Assembly: GCA_963718665.1 (NCBI GenBank)
Contig: OY970359.1
Span: 928,001 to 992,000, forward strand
Reading direction: 5' to 3'
DNA from: an uncultured Phycisphaerales bacterium
Lineage (GTDB): Bacteria; Planctomycetota; Phycisphaerae; Sedimentisphaerales; Anaerobacaceae
DNA length: 64,000 nucleotides
Each line of letters starts with the position of its first letter. Within the stretch, counting starts at the first letter, position 1. The notes beneath the pieces were generated by a model. The model saw only the letters and a program-made list of their open reading frames with translations. It ran no database searches and had not been told where the DNA came from. This document shows, piece after piece, positions 9,897-21,000 of the stretch. The translations under genes and the position numbers were made by a program.

Positions 9897-10676
9897 ATGG
9901 AAACGTGTTTTGTAATACAACCTTTTGATGGCGGTGTGTACGATAAACGTTATGAAGATATATTTGAGCCAGCTATCAAAAATGCGGGGTTGGAACCTTA
10001 TAGAGTCGACCGAGATCCCAAAGTAAGCATACCAATAGAAGATATTGAGAGAGGTATTAAAAATTCACGCTTATGTTTTGCAGAGATTACTCTTGACAAT
10101 CCGAATGTATGGTTCGAACTTGGTTATGCAATTGCTAATCAGAAAGATGTGGTCCTTGTGTGTTCCAAAGAGAGGACAAAATTTCCTTTTGATATTCAGC
10201 ATCGACGGTTAATTCAGTATAAAACCGATTCACCCAGTGATTTTAATGAATTGCAAGTTGCTATTACAGAACGCATCAAGGCGTTGATGAAAAAGGAAAT
10301 TAAGCTGGATGAAGTCAAGCGATTGCGATTATCCCCTATTGCTGAAACTCAAGGTCTTAAGCAACATGAAGTCACAGCTCTTGCAACAATAATGCAAAAC
10401 CAGTTAACTCCTGAATCAACCGTTTTAAGTTATACGGTTAAGGAAGATATGAATAAAGCTGGTTTCACGGATATTGCCGTGAGTCTTGCTTTGAAATCCT
10501 TATTAAAGAAGGGCATGGTAAGAATCAAACAAGGTACTAATTATGATGGCGAAGAATATCACGCATATATCGTCTCTAAAAACGGAGAAGAATGGTTGCA
10601 GCAAAATCTAGACAAACTAATACTGCAAATGGAACACAGGAACCTCAAAAAAATTACCGATGATATTCCCTTCTGA
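9897..10676 (+). CDS. nucleoside 2-deoxyribosyltransferase-like domain plus probable C-terminal winged helix
   Basis: CFVIQPF...YRVD...AEIT..NPNVWFELGYAIA...PFDI motif; C-terminal helices followed by a beta-wing (Y.VSKNGEEWL). Confidence 0.7.
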   Translation: METCFVIQPFDGGVYDKRYEDIFEPAIKNAGLEPYRVDRDPKVSIPIEDIERGIKNSRLCFAEITLDNPNVWFELGYAIANQKDVVLVCSKERTKFPFDIQHRRLIQYKTDSPSDFNELQVAITERIKALMKKEIKLDEVKRLRLSPIAETQGLKQHEVTALATIMQNQLTPESTVLSYTVKEDMNKAGFTDIAVSLALKSLLKKGMVRIKQGTNYDGEEYHAYIVSKNGEEWLQQNLDKLILQMEHRNLKKITDDIPF

Positions 10677-10751
10677 TATCGGAAGGATGTCAGCATTGAA
10701 GAGTAATCGACTCATCCCCCATTTTAGTCAGCCCCATGCTGTGCAGGAGAA

Positions 10752-11465
10752 GTGAGCAGACGAACTATGCCGAAGAAAAGACATTCAGCGAGTAAATATC
10801 TGCCGAGAGGGCTGGACATACTCTACGAAGACAAGGATATCCTTGTGGTGGATAAGCCGGCGGGGCTGTTGACCGTGGGGACGGACAACAATAAAACCCG
10901 GACTGCTTACTATATGCTGACCGATTACGTGCGCAAGGGCAATCCGAGGTCGCGAAGCCGGATTTTCATTGTTCATCGGCTGGACCAGTCCACCTCCGGC
11001 GTGCTGGTATTCGCGAAAACCGAAGAGGCGAAATTCAATCTGCAATCACAGTGGAAAGACACGGAAAAGAAATATATCGCGGTGGTCTATGGCCAGTTAG
11101 CCAAAAAGGAGGACGTTATTACCTCATACTTAGCCGAAAACAAGGCCTACGTCGTCTATTCCACAAAAGACGCCACAAAAGGCAAATTGGCGCATACGGC
11201 TTATAAGGTGCTTAAAGAGAGCAGGCGGTTTAGCTTGTTAGAGATAAATCTTCTGACTGGCAGGAAAAACCAGATACGCGTGCATTTGGCTGATAAGGGA
11301 CACCCGGTCGTGGGCGACGGCAAATACGGAAAATCAAAGGATGGATTCAGGCGATTGGCACTTCACGCCAAATCGCTCTCCTTCAACCACCCGGCAAACG
11401 GCAGGCGGATGACTTTTGAAACCAGAGTGCCGAATTATTTCAATGAGCTGGTTGATAACGGATAA
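10752..11465 (+). CDS. RluA-family pseudouridine synthase
   Basis: VVDKPAGLL, HRLDQSTSG, TGRKNQIRVH and LALHA motifs; the start may be the ATG at 10767. Confidence 0.95.
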   Translation: MSRRTMPKKRHSASKYLPRGLDILYEDKDILVVDKPAGLLTVGTDNNKTRTAYYMLTDYVRKGNPRSRSRIFIVHRLDQSTSGVLVFAKTEEAKFNLQSQWKDTEKKYIAVVYGQLAKKEDVITSYLAENKAYVVYSTKDATKGKLAHTAYKVLKESRRFSLLEINLLTGRKNQIRVHLADKGHPVVGDGKYGKSKDGFRRLALHAKSLSFNHPANGRRMTFETRVPNYFNELVDNG

Positions 11466-11467
11466 GT

Positions 11468-11601
11468 AATTGCCGATTGCCGATTGTTGATTGAAAGTGG
11501 GTCCCCTGTTGCAAAACCAAAGGAGTAACTTCTCGGGGGCAGGCGGGCAGATGAGGACTAACCCTGCCACTCGCCAAGGGCGAAGATGGCAGGGCTAAAT
11601 A
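11468..11601 (+). mobile_element. candidate non-autonomous (ORF-less) derivative of the HNH-AP2 element
   Basis: A 7-mer array (11468-11495), then a leader copy (11499-11538, 33/40 identical to 954-993), then a trailer hairpin (11559-11601, 40/43 identical to the reverse complement of 61822-61864). Confidence 0.55.
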
Positions 11602-11617
11602 TTTTAAGGGAACAGGA

Positions 11618-12538
11618 TTACGCGTTTCTGCGCGGGGTTTTGCGGACGATTGCCTCGTAATCTTTTACTTCGTCGATGGACTCGAAGCCGACGACGACGG
11701 CGCTGACGCAGCCGAGGTTGAAGACGAAGTCGGCGGTTTTTTCGCGAAGTTCGGGGTCGTTACGATAGTGGCCTTCGCCAATTTGTTTCATACCGACGAC
11801 GCCTTTGCCTGCATCGTGAATTTTACGGATGATGGGGACAACTTCATCGGGAGAGCCGTCCATATCCACGCCTGTGGCGTTGATTCTGGTGTGGACGGAT
11901 TCGACCCAGGGTTCTTCTGCGGCGACTTTGAGGGCGTCCATCGAGTGGCAGGAGACACCGAGCGCGCGGACTTTGCCTTTTGCCTTGGCTTCGCTCATTC
12001 CGTCCATATACGGTTTGAGAGTTTTGTTCCAGTCGGGCGCCATCATACAGTGGAGCAGGAGAAGGTCGATGTAGTCGGTGTTCAATTCACTGAGGAAGCG
12101 GTCGATTGTCACAAGCGGTTTTTCTTTTTCTTCGACGGGCGGGTCCCAAACCATCAGTTTGGAAACGATGGTGAACTTGTCGCGTGGGACACCCTGGAGG
12201 GCGGGGATGATATAGGGATGCGAGCCATACATATCGGCGGTGTCGAAGAGCCGACAGCCGCGGTCATAAGCTTCTTTCAATAAACCCTGGAATTTTTCTT
12301 TGCCGAGACGGACCTGATTCGAGGAGTGCCTTCCGCCCTTCATACCTGTGCCGCAGCCGACGCGTGTAACTTTGATTCCGGTTTTGCCGAGGGGAACGAT
12401 TTCCCACGGGTCAAAGGTTTTGCTCTTCGCCGATGTTACGGCGTTTGATGCGCATCCTGTCAATGTCGAGCCAAGCAGAAGACCTGATGCGCCGACGAGT
12501 GAGCCGGCAAGAAATTCACGACGTCCGATGCGTTCCAT
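11618..12538 (-). CDS. Tat-exported aldo/keto reductase
   Basis: GRREFL Tat motif; FDTADMYG, YIDLLLLH and GVSCH motifs. Confidence 0.9.
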   Translation of the reverse strand: MERIGRREFLAGSLVGASGLLLGSTLTGCASNAVTSAKSKTFDPWEIVPLGKTGIKVTRVGCGTGMKGGRHSSNQVRLGKEKFQGLLKEAYDRGCRLFDTADMYGSHPYIIPALQGVPRDKFTIVSKLMVWDPPVEEKEKPLVTIDRFLSELNTDYIDLLLLHCMMAPDWNKTLKPYMDGMSEAKAKGKVRALGVSCHSMDALKVAAEEPWVESVHTRINATGVDMDGSPDEVVPIIRKIHDAGKGVVGMKQIGEGHYRNDPELREKTADFVFNLGCVSAVVVGFESIDEVKDYEAIVRKTPRRNA

Positions 12539-12693
12539 TTTTAGCACTCCTGAAATTATGACTTGCAATTTTTTTTAGCCACAGAGTTTTTAAGCCACAG
12601 AGGACACAGAGGTCACAGAGAATTGAATTATAAACAATGTTAATCCGTGTCTTTTTCATTGTATCAGGCACTCTTAGTTTTTTTATGACGCCC

Positions 12694-13224
12694 TTAATGT
12701 ATTTGGCCGAGCATGTTTCGCCATCGATTGATATGCCCATCTTCGTCGGCCTGGTCCTTTTCAATCATCTTTCTTGTTTGTTCGTCCCAATCGACGGTTT
12801 CAAGGAGTTCAGCATAATGTTTTACGGCCTTTGTTTCAACCCAAATACCGGTTTTTAGAATGGCTTTTGGTCCGAGGAGGCGGGAGACGAAACCAAAAAC
12901 GAAGCCGACCATCCAGAAGGCGGGCCTCAGGATGGCGGGTTTGAAGCCGTATTCGTAGAGTTTGACCTGGAAATCCTGGAGGTGGGTCATCTCGTTGCAC
13001 ATAGCGGCGATAAGCTGGCGATTAAGCTCGGACGGGGTTTTGGTGAGCTGGAATTTATAGATGCTGACTGCCATAGTTTCGAGGGTGTGAAAGGCCTGAA
13101 GGGCTTTTTTGAGCGTTTTCAACTTCGCCGGGTTGGTGGGTTTGCTTCTGAGGTGAATATCGTGTGCCGTCATCTGCGGGCGTATTATTTCGACATTATA
13201 TTTTTGCCTGTTCTCGCCGGTCAT
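12694..13224 (-). CDS. ferritin-like diiron protein (Coq7/demethoxyubiquinone hydroxylase family)
   Basis: LETMA..IY, NEMTH, VETKAV.HY and DEDGH ExxH-type motifs. Confidence 0.75.
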   Translation of the reverse strand: MTGENRQKYNVEIIRPQMTAHDIHLRSKPTNPAKLKTLKKALQAFHTLETMAVSIYKFQLTKTPSELNRQLIAAMCNEMTHLQDFQVKLYEYGFKPAILRPAFWMVGFVFGFVSRLLGPKAILKTGIWVETKAVKHYAELLETVDWDEQTRKMIEKDQADEDGHINRWRNMLGQIH

Positions 13225-13396
13225 TTATCGCATCCTTTCACGTAAGTAATATTGATTATCCCAATGAGCAGGCGATTTGTCAAATGCAGGAATACACGAC
13301 AAAAACCTTGCGAAAACGGGCTCGTTTAGTTATCGTTTGAGGTTCGTTTTGGCAGTCAAAATTCGAGAGTTAAAAATTATTTGCGGGAAAATTGAA

Positions 13397-15436
13397 ATGA
13401 GTGAAGCGGTAAGAGTGAAAGGCGTAACTGAGCTTGATGAACTTTGTATCGATACGATAAGATTTTTGTCGGCGGACGCGGTCCAGAAGGCCAAGTCGGG
13501 GCATCCGGGTATGCCGATGGGTTTGGCGCCGGCGGCATATACTTTGTGGATGCGGCATCTGAAATTCAATCCGGCGAATCCGAAGTGGTTCAACCGCGAC
13601 AGGTTTGTGCTTTCGGGCGGGCATGGGTGTATGCTGCTTTATTCGCTGCTGTATCTGACGGGCTACGATATGACGCTGGATGACCTGAAAAACTTCAGGC
13701 AGTGGGGAAGCAAGACGCCGGGACATCCGGAATACAAACCCGAACTTGGAATTGAGGCAACGACGGGGCCGTTAGGCCAGGGGATTTCGAACGCGGTTGG
13801 TATGGCGATTGCGCAGAAGTACACGGCTAATTATTTCAACCGCGAGGGATTTCCCGTTGTCGATTACAAAATTTACGTAACCTGCGGTGACGGCGACCTC
13901 GAAGAAGGAATATCAAGCGAAACAAGCTCATTAGCGGGACATCTTGCGCTGGATAATTTGATTGTCATTTACGATGACAATCACATTTCAATCGACGGCG
14001 AGACGGGTTTATCATTCACCGAGGACACGGCGAAACGCTACAAGGCATACGGGTGGAACGTGATTGAGGTGCCGGGTGACGGGAACGATATGGTAACATT
14101 CGAAAAGGCGCTGAAAAAAGCGAAACGGACGAAGGATAAGCCGACGCTGATAAAACTTCGCACGCATATCGCATTTGGCGCACCGACAAAACACGATACG
14201 GCAGAGGCGCACGGCTCGCCATTGGGTGAAGATGAGATTAAAGCGACCAAACGAGCATTCGGCTGGGACCCGGAAAAGACGTTTAATGTCCCCGAACAGG
14301 TCCTGCCGCATACCCGCACCGCCATCGACAAAGGCAAAAGGGCGGAGGCGTCGTGGAATCGGATGTTCAAAAAATATGAGGCGGCAAATCCGCAGTTAGC
14401 GGAACAGTTCAAAAACGCCGTCGAAAATAAAGTCGCGGTTGATATTGATTCACTGCTGCCCAAATTCGACGTGGTGAAGGAAGGCAAGCCCAACGCGATT
14501 GCGACGCGTTCAGCATCAGGAAAAACGCTGGACGCTCTTATGCCGCATTTGCCGTTTATACTGGGAGGCAGCGCGGACCTGACGCCATCGAATAATACGC
14601 GATGGAAAGACGTGAAGGATTTTCAGCCGAATTGCCGCGAGGGCAGATACATCAGGTTCGGCGTTCGTGAGCACGGGATGGGCGCGATACTCAGCGGCAT
14701 ATCAATAAGCGGGATGACCCGCGCTTTCGGCGGAACTTTTCTGGTATTCAGCGATTATATGCGCGGCGCGGCGCGAGTGGCGGCGATATCACATTACCCG
14801 ACGATTTTCGTCTGGACGCACGACAGCATCGGCGTGGGCGAAGATGGGCCGACACATCAGCCGGTGGAACACTTTGCGGCGCTGCGGGCGATACCGAACC
14901 TGCTGACTATCAGGCCGGCAGACGCGAATGAAACCGCGCAGGCGTGGAAATTCATTTTGCAATACCGCAACGGGCCGGTGGCGCTGCTGCTTACGCGGCA
15001 GAATCTGCCCATTATTGACCAGACCAAATACGCATCTGCGGATAATCTCGCCAAAGGCGCTTATGTTTTGATTAGTGCGGATAAATCGGATGTGTTGCTT
15101 TTGGCGACCGGCTCGGAGGTTTCTCTTGCAGTCGAAGCATATAACAAACTTTCCGCTGAAGGGATTAAAGCAAGAGTGGTTAGTATGCCCTGCTGGGAGT
15201 TATTCGAGAAGCAAAGCAAAGAATATCGCGACTCGGTGATACTGCCTGACGTGAAGACAAGGGTCGGCGTCGAGGCGGGAATTGAGCTTGGCTGGCACAA
15301 GTGGGTTGGGGACAAAGGAATCTTTATTGGTATGTCTTCATTCGGCGCATCAGCCCCCTTCAAGACCTGCTACGAAAAATTCGGGATAACAACTGATGCC
15401 GTGGTAACCGCAGCGAAGAAATTACTGGGCAGATAG
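13397..15436 (+). CDS. tkt: transketolase
   Basis: SGHPG, TPGHPE, GDGDLEEG, FGVREH and GEDGPTHQP motifs. Confidence 0.98.
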   Translation: MSEAVRVKGVTELDELCIDTIRFLSADAVQKAKSGHPGMPMGLAPAAYTLWMRHLKFNPANPKWFNRDRFVLSGGHGCMLLYSLLYLTGYDMTLDDLKNFRQWGSKTPGHPEYKPELGIEATTGPLGQGISNAVGMAIAQKYTANYFNREGFPVVDYKIYVTCGDGDLEEGISSETSSLAGHLALDNLIVIYDDNHISIDGETGLSFTEDTAKRYKAYGWNVIEVPGDGNDMVTFEKALKKAKRTKDKPTLIKLRTHIAFGAPTKHDTAEAHGSPLGEDEIKATKRAFGWDPEKTFNVPEQVLPHTRTAIDKGKRAEASWNRMFKKYEAANPQLAEQFKNAVENKVAVDIDSLLPKFDVVKEGKPNAIATRSASGKTLDALMPHLPFILGGSADLTPSNNTRWKDVKDFQPNCREGRYIRFGVREHGMGAILSGISISGMTRAFGGTFLVFSDYMRGAARVAAISHYPTIFVWTHDSIGVGEDGPTHQPVEHFAALRAIPNLLTIRPADANETAQAWKFILQYRNGPVALLLTRQNLPIIDQTKYASADNLAKGAYVLISADKSDVLLLATGSEVSLAVEAYNKLSAEGIKARVVSMPCWELFEKQSKEYRDSVILPDVKTRVGVEAGIELGWHKWVGDKGIFIGMSSFGASAPFKTCYEKFGITTDAVVTAAKKLLGR

Positions 15437-15468
15437 TCGCAAATACAGCTATTACAGATACTTATAAC

Positions 15469-15498
15469 GGCGGGCCGCGCAAAACGACCCGCCTTTTT
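15469..15498 (+). terminator. intrinsic terminator after tkt
   Basis: GGCGGG...CCCGCC stem followed by TTTTT. Confidence 0.65.
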
Positions 15499-15644
15499 GT
15501 TAGACCGACCTGAAAACGACAAGGGAGATACGATGTTTCCCAGCCACCTCAATTTTGAGGGATTTTTAACTTGACATTCTATTTTTAATGTGGTAAGCGT
15601 ATATTAAGAATCGTATTTGTTTTGCATGGAAAGGGGCAATACAA

Positions 15645-16913
15645 ATGAAAACTCAAATGTTAGCTATGTTTCTTACCATTGTTTTTTCATCGGCAGTTAC
15701 TCGGGCCTCATCTGTCAGCGTCCCGCTTCCCGGAGCCGTCGGCACGCTGCCAAAAACTGTTTCTTTTGATGCCGGCACAAGTTTCAAACACATCGATGAA
15801 GTTCTTCTATGGTGCAGCGGCTCAGTCACATACGGCTGGGGTTATATTGAGTATAATCCTTATGATATTGAATACCAAACAATACCTGCTGATATTTACG
15901 TCTCTACGAATCCTGCCGGATTCTGGGTTGGCGGATTTTGCTCCAGCGAGGGGCCATTCAGTCAGGAAGAAATATTCCACGGTACTCAATCATCAACCTG
16001 GGATTTTCTGCTCAATGGACAGGCCGGGTTAACTATTCAGGTGCCTTGTCCTCCTCTTCCTGTTTGGGAGCATGTGTTAATCCCTCCGAGCGGCTATATC
16101 TCACAGGCCACACTCATCATAGACGGCACTGTAATAGATATTTTGAGTCCCTCTTTGGGGGAAATACTGACCGGCGGGTCTGAATATACCATAAGCTGGC
16201 AGGATTACCGAAGCCAATCACCCTGTCCCTACAGTTATTTCCTGGACTATTCCATCGATGGGGGACAGCACTGGTTAGCGATTGACCCAAATGCTGTAAC
16301 CGGTTCTTGTTCATACGACTGGATTGTGCCGCATGTAAGTTCCCGGCAGTGTATGATACGCATCACTGATGCCAACGACCCTAATTTTACAGACACCACT
16401 GTGGGCTATTTCATTATTCACGGAGGCCTAACGGACCTGAATAGGGACGCATTTGTTGACTTTTTCGATTATGCGATTTTGGCGCTCAATTGGCAGCAGT
16501 CACCAGACCCTTGCGACCCCAATAGTGGCGATATAAATAAAGATAGCATTGTTGACATCTATGACCTTGCTGAATTATGCGCTGACTGGCTGGTCTGCTA
16601 TGTAACACAGGCGACCGACCCTGAGCCATCTGACCTCACCGGTGATGTAAACATAAATGTGATACTGCAATGGTCACCCGGTAATAATGCTACCTCACAA
16701 AATATTTATTTCGGCACTGATTTTAACGCAGTGAGCAACGCCGATACTGATAATCCGGCTGTTTACATGGGTAATCAGGATGCCAATTTCTGGGACACAA
16801 ATAACTATGCCCCAGACGGATTGATTCCAGACACCAGCTATTACTGGCGTATCGACGAGGTTGCGGGCTGTACGGCAAAAGGCGATGTCTGGAGCTTTAC
16901 TACTTCTCCCTAA
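15645..16913 (+). CDS. secreted protein with dockerin-like repeat and Ig/FN3-like domains
   Basis: Signal peptide; DLNRDAFVDFFD and GDINKDSIVDIYDL; YYWRIDEV...GDVWSFTT. Confidence 0.75.
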   Translation: MKTQMLAMFLTIVFSSAVTRASSVSVPLPGAVGTLPKTVSFDAGTSFKHIDEVLLWCSGSVTYGWGYIEYNPYDIEYQTIPADIYVSTNPAGFWVGGFCSSEGPFSQEEIFHGTQSSTWDFLLNGQAGLTIQVPCPPLPVWEHVLIPPSGYISQATLIIDGTVIDILSPSLGEILTGGSEYTISWQDYRSQSPCPYSYFLDYSIDGGQHWLAIDPNAVTGSCSYDWIVPHVSSRQCMIRITDANDPNFTDTTVGYFIIHGGLTDLNRDAFVDFFDYAILALNWQQSPDPCDPNSGDINKDSIVDIYDLAELCADWLVCYVTQATDPEPSDLTGDVNINVILQWSPGNNATSQNIYFGTDFNAVSNADTDNPAVYMGNQDANFWDTNNYAPDGLIPDTSYYWRIDEVAGCTAKGDVWSFTTSP

Positions 16914-16979
16914 CCTAAATATTGAATACGCCGTTATCGCAGCGGCGAAAAAACTGCTGGGCAGATAATACCCTTGCGG

Positions 16980-17882
16980 TTAGTGCGACAGCAACAGCAT
17001 ACAGACGCCGATGATGACGCCGACGAGAGCGACGGCCTTGCGGCGGATTTGGACCTCGCCGAAAATGAACGCCCCGCCGAGGAAGGAAATTACGACGCTT
17101 CCGCTACGGACAGCAGTTACAAGCGAAATCATCGCCCCCTGATAACCAAGAGCTTTGAAGTAAGCAACATCGGCAACAGCCAGTAAAGCCCCGATAAGGA
17201 GGATACCCCATCGCCATTTGAAGGGAGTGTGTTTTGCGCGGACCGGCCACCAGAAAACAAACAGGACAAAGGCCATAACGGGAACCGAATAAATCATAAA
17301 CCAGACCTGGACGCCTACGGCGGAAAAGCCAAGCGTGTGGACGAGATATTTGTCGTAAAGTGCGCTGGCAGCGCCGATGAGAACCGAGAGGACAAGAAGA
17401 ATAACCCATTTATTAGTATGAAAAACGATGCCTTCACGGCCGCCAACGAGAGAAAAGATATAGTAGGAGACGAAAAGCACGCCGAAGGCGGCCCATTGAA
17501 ACGGGGTGAGGCGTTCACCGAAAACCAGCATAGCGCCGAGGAGCGTCCAGGCGGGGCCTGAAGCACCGATTGGGGCGTATATTGAGATAGGCAGGTGCTT
17601 TACGGAAAAAAAGCCCAGCAGCCAGAGCGAGACGACGATAATGGCCTTTATGAAGCAGCAGAAATGCGCCAGCGGACCAAAAGGCGGGATAAATATCCCC
17701 AGTGGCGTCAAAAAGTGAGGCGAAACCGCAGAAAGCACTATAATGGGCAAAAGCAACACCGCCTCCACTAATACCGCGAAGAACAACAGCGGTATTACGG
17801 CATTATTGTGGATGGCTCTTTTCCTGCATACGTCATACAGCCCCACAAAGACAGCCGAAAAGGCGCTAAGATATAACCACAT
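16980..17882 (-). CDS. EamA/DMT family transporter
   Basis: About ten hydrophobic segments; two EamA repeats ending LVFGE and FIFGE. Confidence 0.85.
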   Translation of the reverse strand: MWLYLSAFSAVFVGLYDVCRKRAIHNNAVIPLLFFAVLVEAVLLLPIIVLSAVSPHFLTPLGIFIPPFGPLAHFCCFIKAIIVVSLWLLGFFSVKHLPISIYAPIGASGPAWTLLGAMLVFGERLTPFQWAAFGVLFVSYYIFSLVGGREGIVFHTNKWVILLVLSVLIGAASALYDKYLVHTLGFSAVGVQVWFMIYSVPVMAFVLFVFWWPVRAKHTPFKWRWGILLIGALLAVADVAYFKALGYQGAMISLVTAVRSGSVVISFLGGAFIFGEVQIRRKAVALVGVIIGVCMLLLSH

Positions 17883-18090
17883 ACTGCTTCACCAAATAAT
17901 AATAACAGAACGGCTCGTCAGGGCAAAGGCCCCTGCCGGAGCATGGTACGAAAGGCGGTATTTTTACCATAATAGAATATCGTTTGCACACTAAAAAAAA
18001 CTGCAATGATTCCATATCTACGCCCGGGGCTGGCTTAATGAGGCAAATAATCGTAGAATGGCTAAAAGCTCTGCGTATTATTCAGGATTT

Positions 18091-21000
18091 ATGGAGCTTG
18101 GTAACGACAAGTTGATTTTTGAACTGAGCCGGCGATTAAGCGCTACCGGGGGGGTGGTAAAAGTCGCCGGGACATGGGGTTCTTTTGCGCGTCTTTTGGC
18201 AACATATCTTTCAAAGCAGCTATTCCGGCCGATTATTTATGTTTGTCCGCATATTGATGACGCGGATAACGCGGTTGATGATTTGCAGACATTCGGGGCC
18301 GAGGACATTCAATTACTGCCCGCGTGGGAGGGCGAGGAGGAAATAGCGGACGCAACCGACGAGATTCGGGCGGACCGGCTCAAAACCGTCGCTCGTGTCT
18401 CGTCACTCATTACTCGTGTGGAAGGTCGTGCCATAACCATCGCGGCGTCGATGCAGGCGATAAGTCAACCCATACCGAAACTATCGGCCATCGAGAGCGG
18501 TTCACTTGCGCTTCAAACCGGAAAGCAGACAACGCCTGAAGATGTAAGTACGTGGCTGATTGATAACGGATTCGAACGGACGGACAAGGTTGATTTGCCG
18601 GGGCAATTCGCGAGAAGAGGCGGAATCGTCGATATTTATGCGCCGCTTGTCAGCACAAATGAAAGATTGGCGAGCAATGACAGCGTCAGCTCACAGGCGC
18701 TACGCATAGAATTTTTCGGCGACACAATCGAAAGCATCCGCACAATCGATTTGGATACGCAGGTATCGACGAATCAGTTATCGGCGGTCAGCATCGTATC
18801 GGCGACATGCGGGGACAAGCAGGAACAGCGGGAGCTATTCCTGAATATACTGCCTGCTGATGCGATTGTAATTTTGGATGAGCCGGCGGACTGCCAGGAG
18901 GTGGCAAAGGTATATTTCGAACGGGCGGAGCAGAAAGAACGGCTATACAACTGGCCTGAAATTCATAAATCGCTCGAACGATTCACGCAGCTTCATATTT
19001 CCCGGTTCGCGACTGAAAACCCGGATGAATTTATCAAATTAGATATAAGGAGCGTTCAGCAGTATCAGCACAAGGCGGCATCGCTTTGGGCGGGACATAA
19101 GGAGGCGCTGGCTGAATTAGTCGAGCTTGCAAAACATCAGGACGTGCTGCTTTACTGCGAAGCGGAGGCGGAAATTGACCGGGTGAGCGAAATTATCAGA
19201 CAGGAGCATAGTGAGATTCCGCCAAGATTCAAACTGCTCAAGGGATTTATTCATCAGGGATTCGCGATACGATCGCTGAACGCGACGATTCTGAGCCATC
19301 ATGAATTATTCGGGCAATTCGCGCTTCGGCGAAGGCAAAGGCCGATGCGTGCGACAACGCCGATTGATACGCTCGAGGATTTGCAACAGGGCGATTATGT
19401 CGTGCACAGCTCTTACGGCGTGGGGAAATTTTTAGGTATCGAGACCATCAGGGAAAAGACAGGCCAAAATGAGTACCTGACAATCGAATACGACGGTGGC
19501 GTCAAGGTGCAGGTCTCGGTGAATAATATCGGGCTGGTGCAAAAATACATCGGCACAAGCCCGAAGCGGCCCAAATTGTCGAAGGTCGGCTCGAAGCGGT
19601 GGCAAAACCAGAAAGAAAAAGTTGCGCAATCCGTCAATGACCTTGCGGTTGAACTATTGGAGCTTCAGGCCAAACGCCAGGCGATAGGCGGGTTCGCGTT
19701 TGCGGCGGATTCGAATTGGCAAAAAGAATTCGAGGAATCATTCCCATACCAGGAGACGCCCGACCAGACGACCAACGCGGCGCAGATAAAGGAGGATATG
19801 ATGCATCCCACGGCGATGGACCGGCTGCTTTGCGGGGACGTGGGTTACGGCAAAACGGAGCTTGCGATGAGGGCAGCGTTCAAGGCGGTCGAGAACGGCA
19901 AGCAAGTCGCTGCGCTTGTGCCTACTACGGTGCTGAGCATCCAGCACGCCCGGACGTTTACGGAACGCTTCGCGGATTTCCCGGTTGTAATCGAGTCGCT
20001 TAACCGATTCAAGACGACCGCCCAGGCAAAAGACGTGATTTCCCGTACAAGAACCGGCAAGGTCGATATCCTGATTGGGACGCATCGGCTGTTGAGCGGG
20101 GACGTGAAGTTCAAGGATTTGGGGCTGGTGATAATCGATGAGGAACAGCGATTCGGCGTCGAGCACAAGGAAAAGCTCAAGAAGCTGCGGGTGAACGTTG
20201 ACATACTGACGATGACGGCGACGCCGATTCCGCGGACGCTGCATATGGCGATGCTGGGCCTTCGGGACATAAGCTCGCTTGCGACCGCGCCGCTTGACAG
20301 ACGGAGTATCGTTACGAGCGTAACTACTTACAATGACGAACTCATACGCAAGACGATTAGCCGGGAATTGAACAGGCAGGGACAGGTTTTCTTTGTTCAT
20401 AACCGGGTCAAGTCAATCGAAAAGAAATGCTGGGAAATTCAGAAGCTGGTTCCCGACGCCAAGGTCGCGATTGCCCACGGGCAGATGACTTCGCACGAGC
20501 TGGAAAAGGCGATGATTGCGTTCGTGCTGGGCCAGACCGACGTGCTGGTCTGTACGACGATAATCGAGTCGGGGCTGGATATTCCCAACGCCAATACGAT
20601 GATTGTCAATGACGCGGACCGGTTCGGCCTGGCGGAATTGCACCAGTTACGCGGCCGGGTGGGCAGATACAAGCACAGGGCATACGCGTATATGCTGCTT
20701 CCGGCATCTCGCCCCATCACGCCAATCGCATCAAGGCGGCTGAAGGCCATCGAGGAATATTCGCATCTGGGCGCGGGTTTCAGGATTGCACTGCGGGATT
20801 TGGAAATTCGCGGGGCGGGAAATATCCTCGGCGCGGAGCAGTCGGGGCACATTCAGATGGTCGGCTATCAAATGTATTGCGAACTGCTGGCTAACGCCGT
20901 CAAGCAAATGAAAGGTGAGCCGATTGAAGGGATACCGACCGCCAACATAGATTTGGGGTTCGCGGCATACATAACCAAAAACTATATTCCAGCAGACAGA

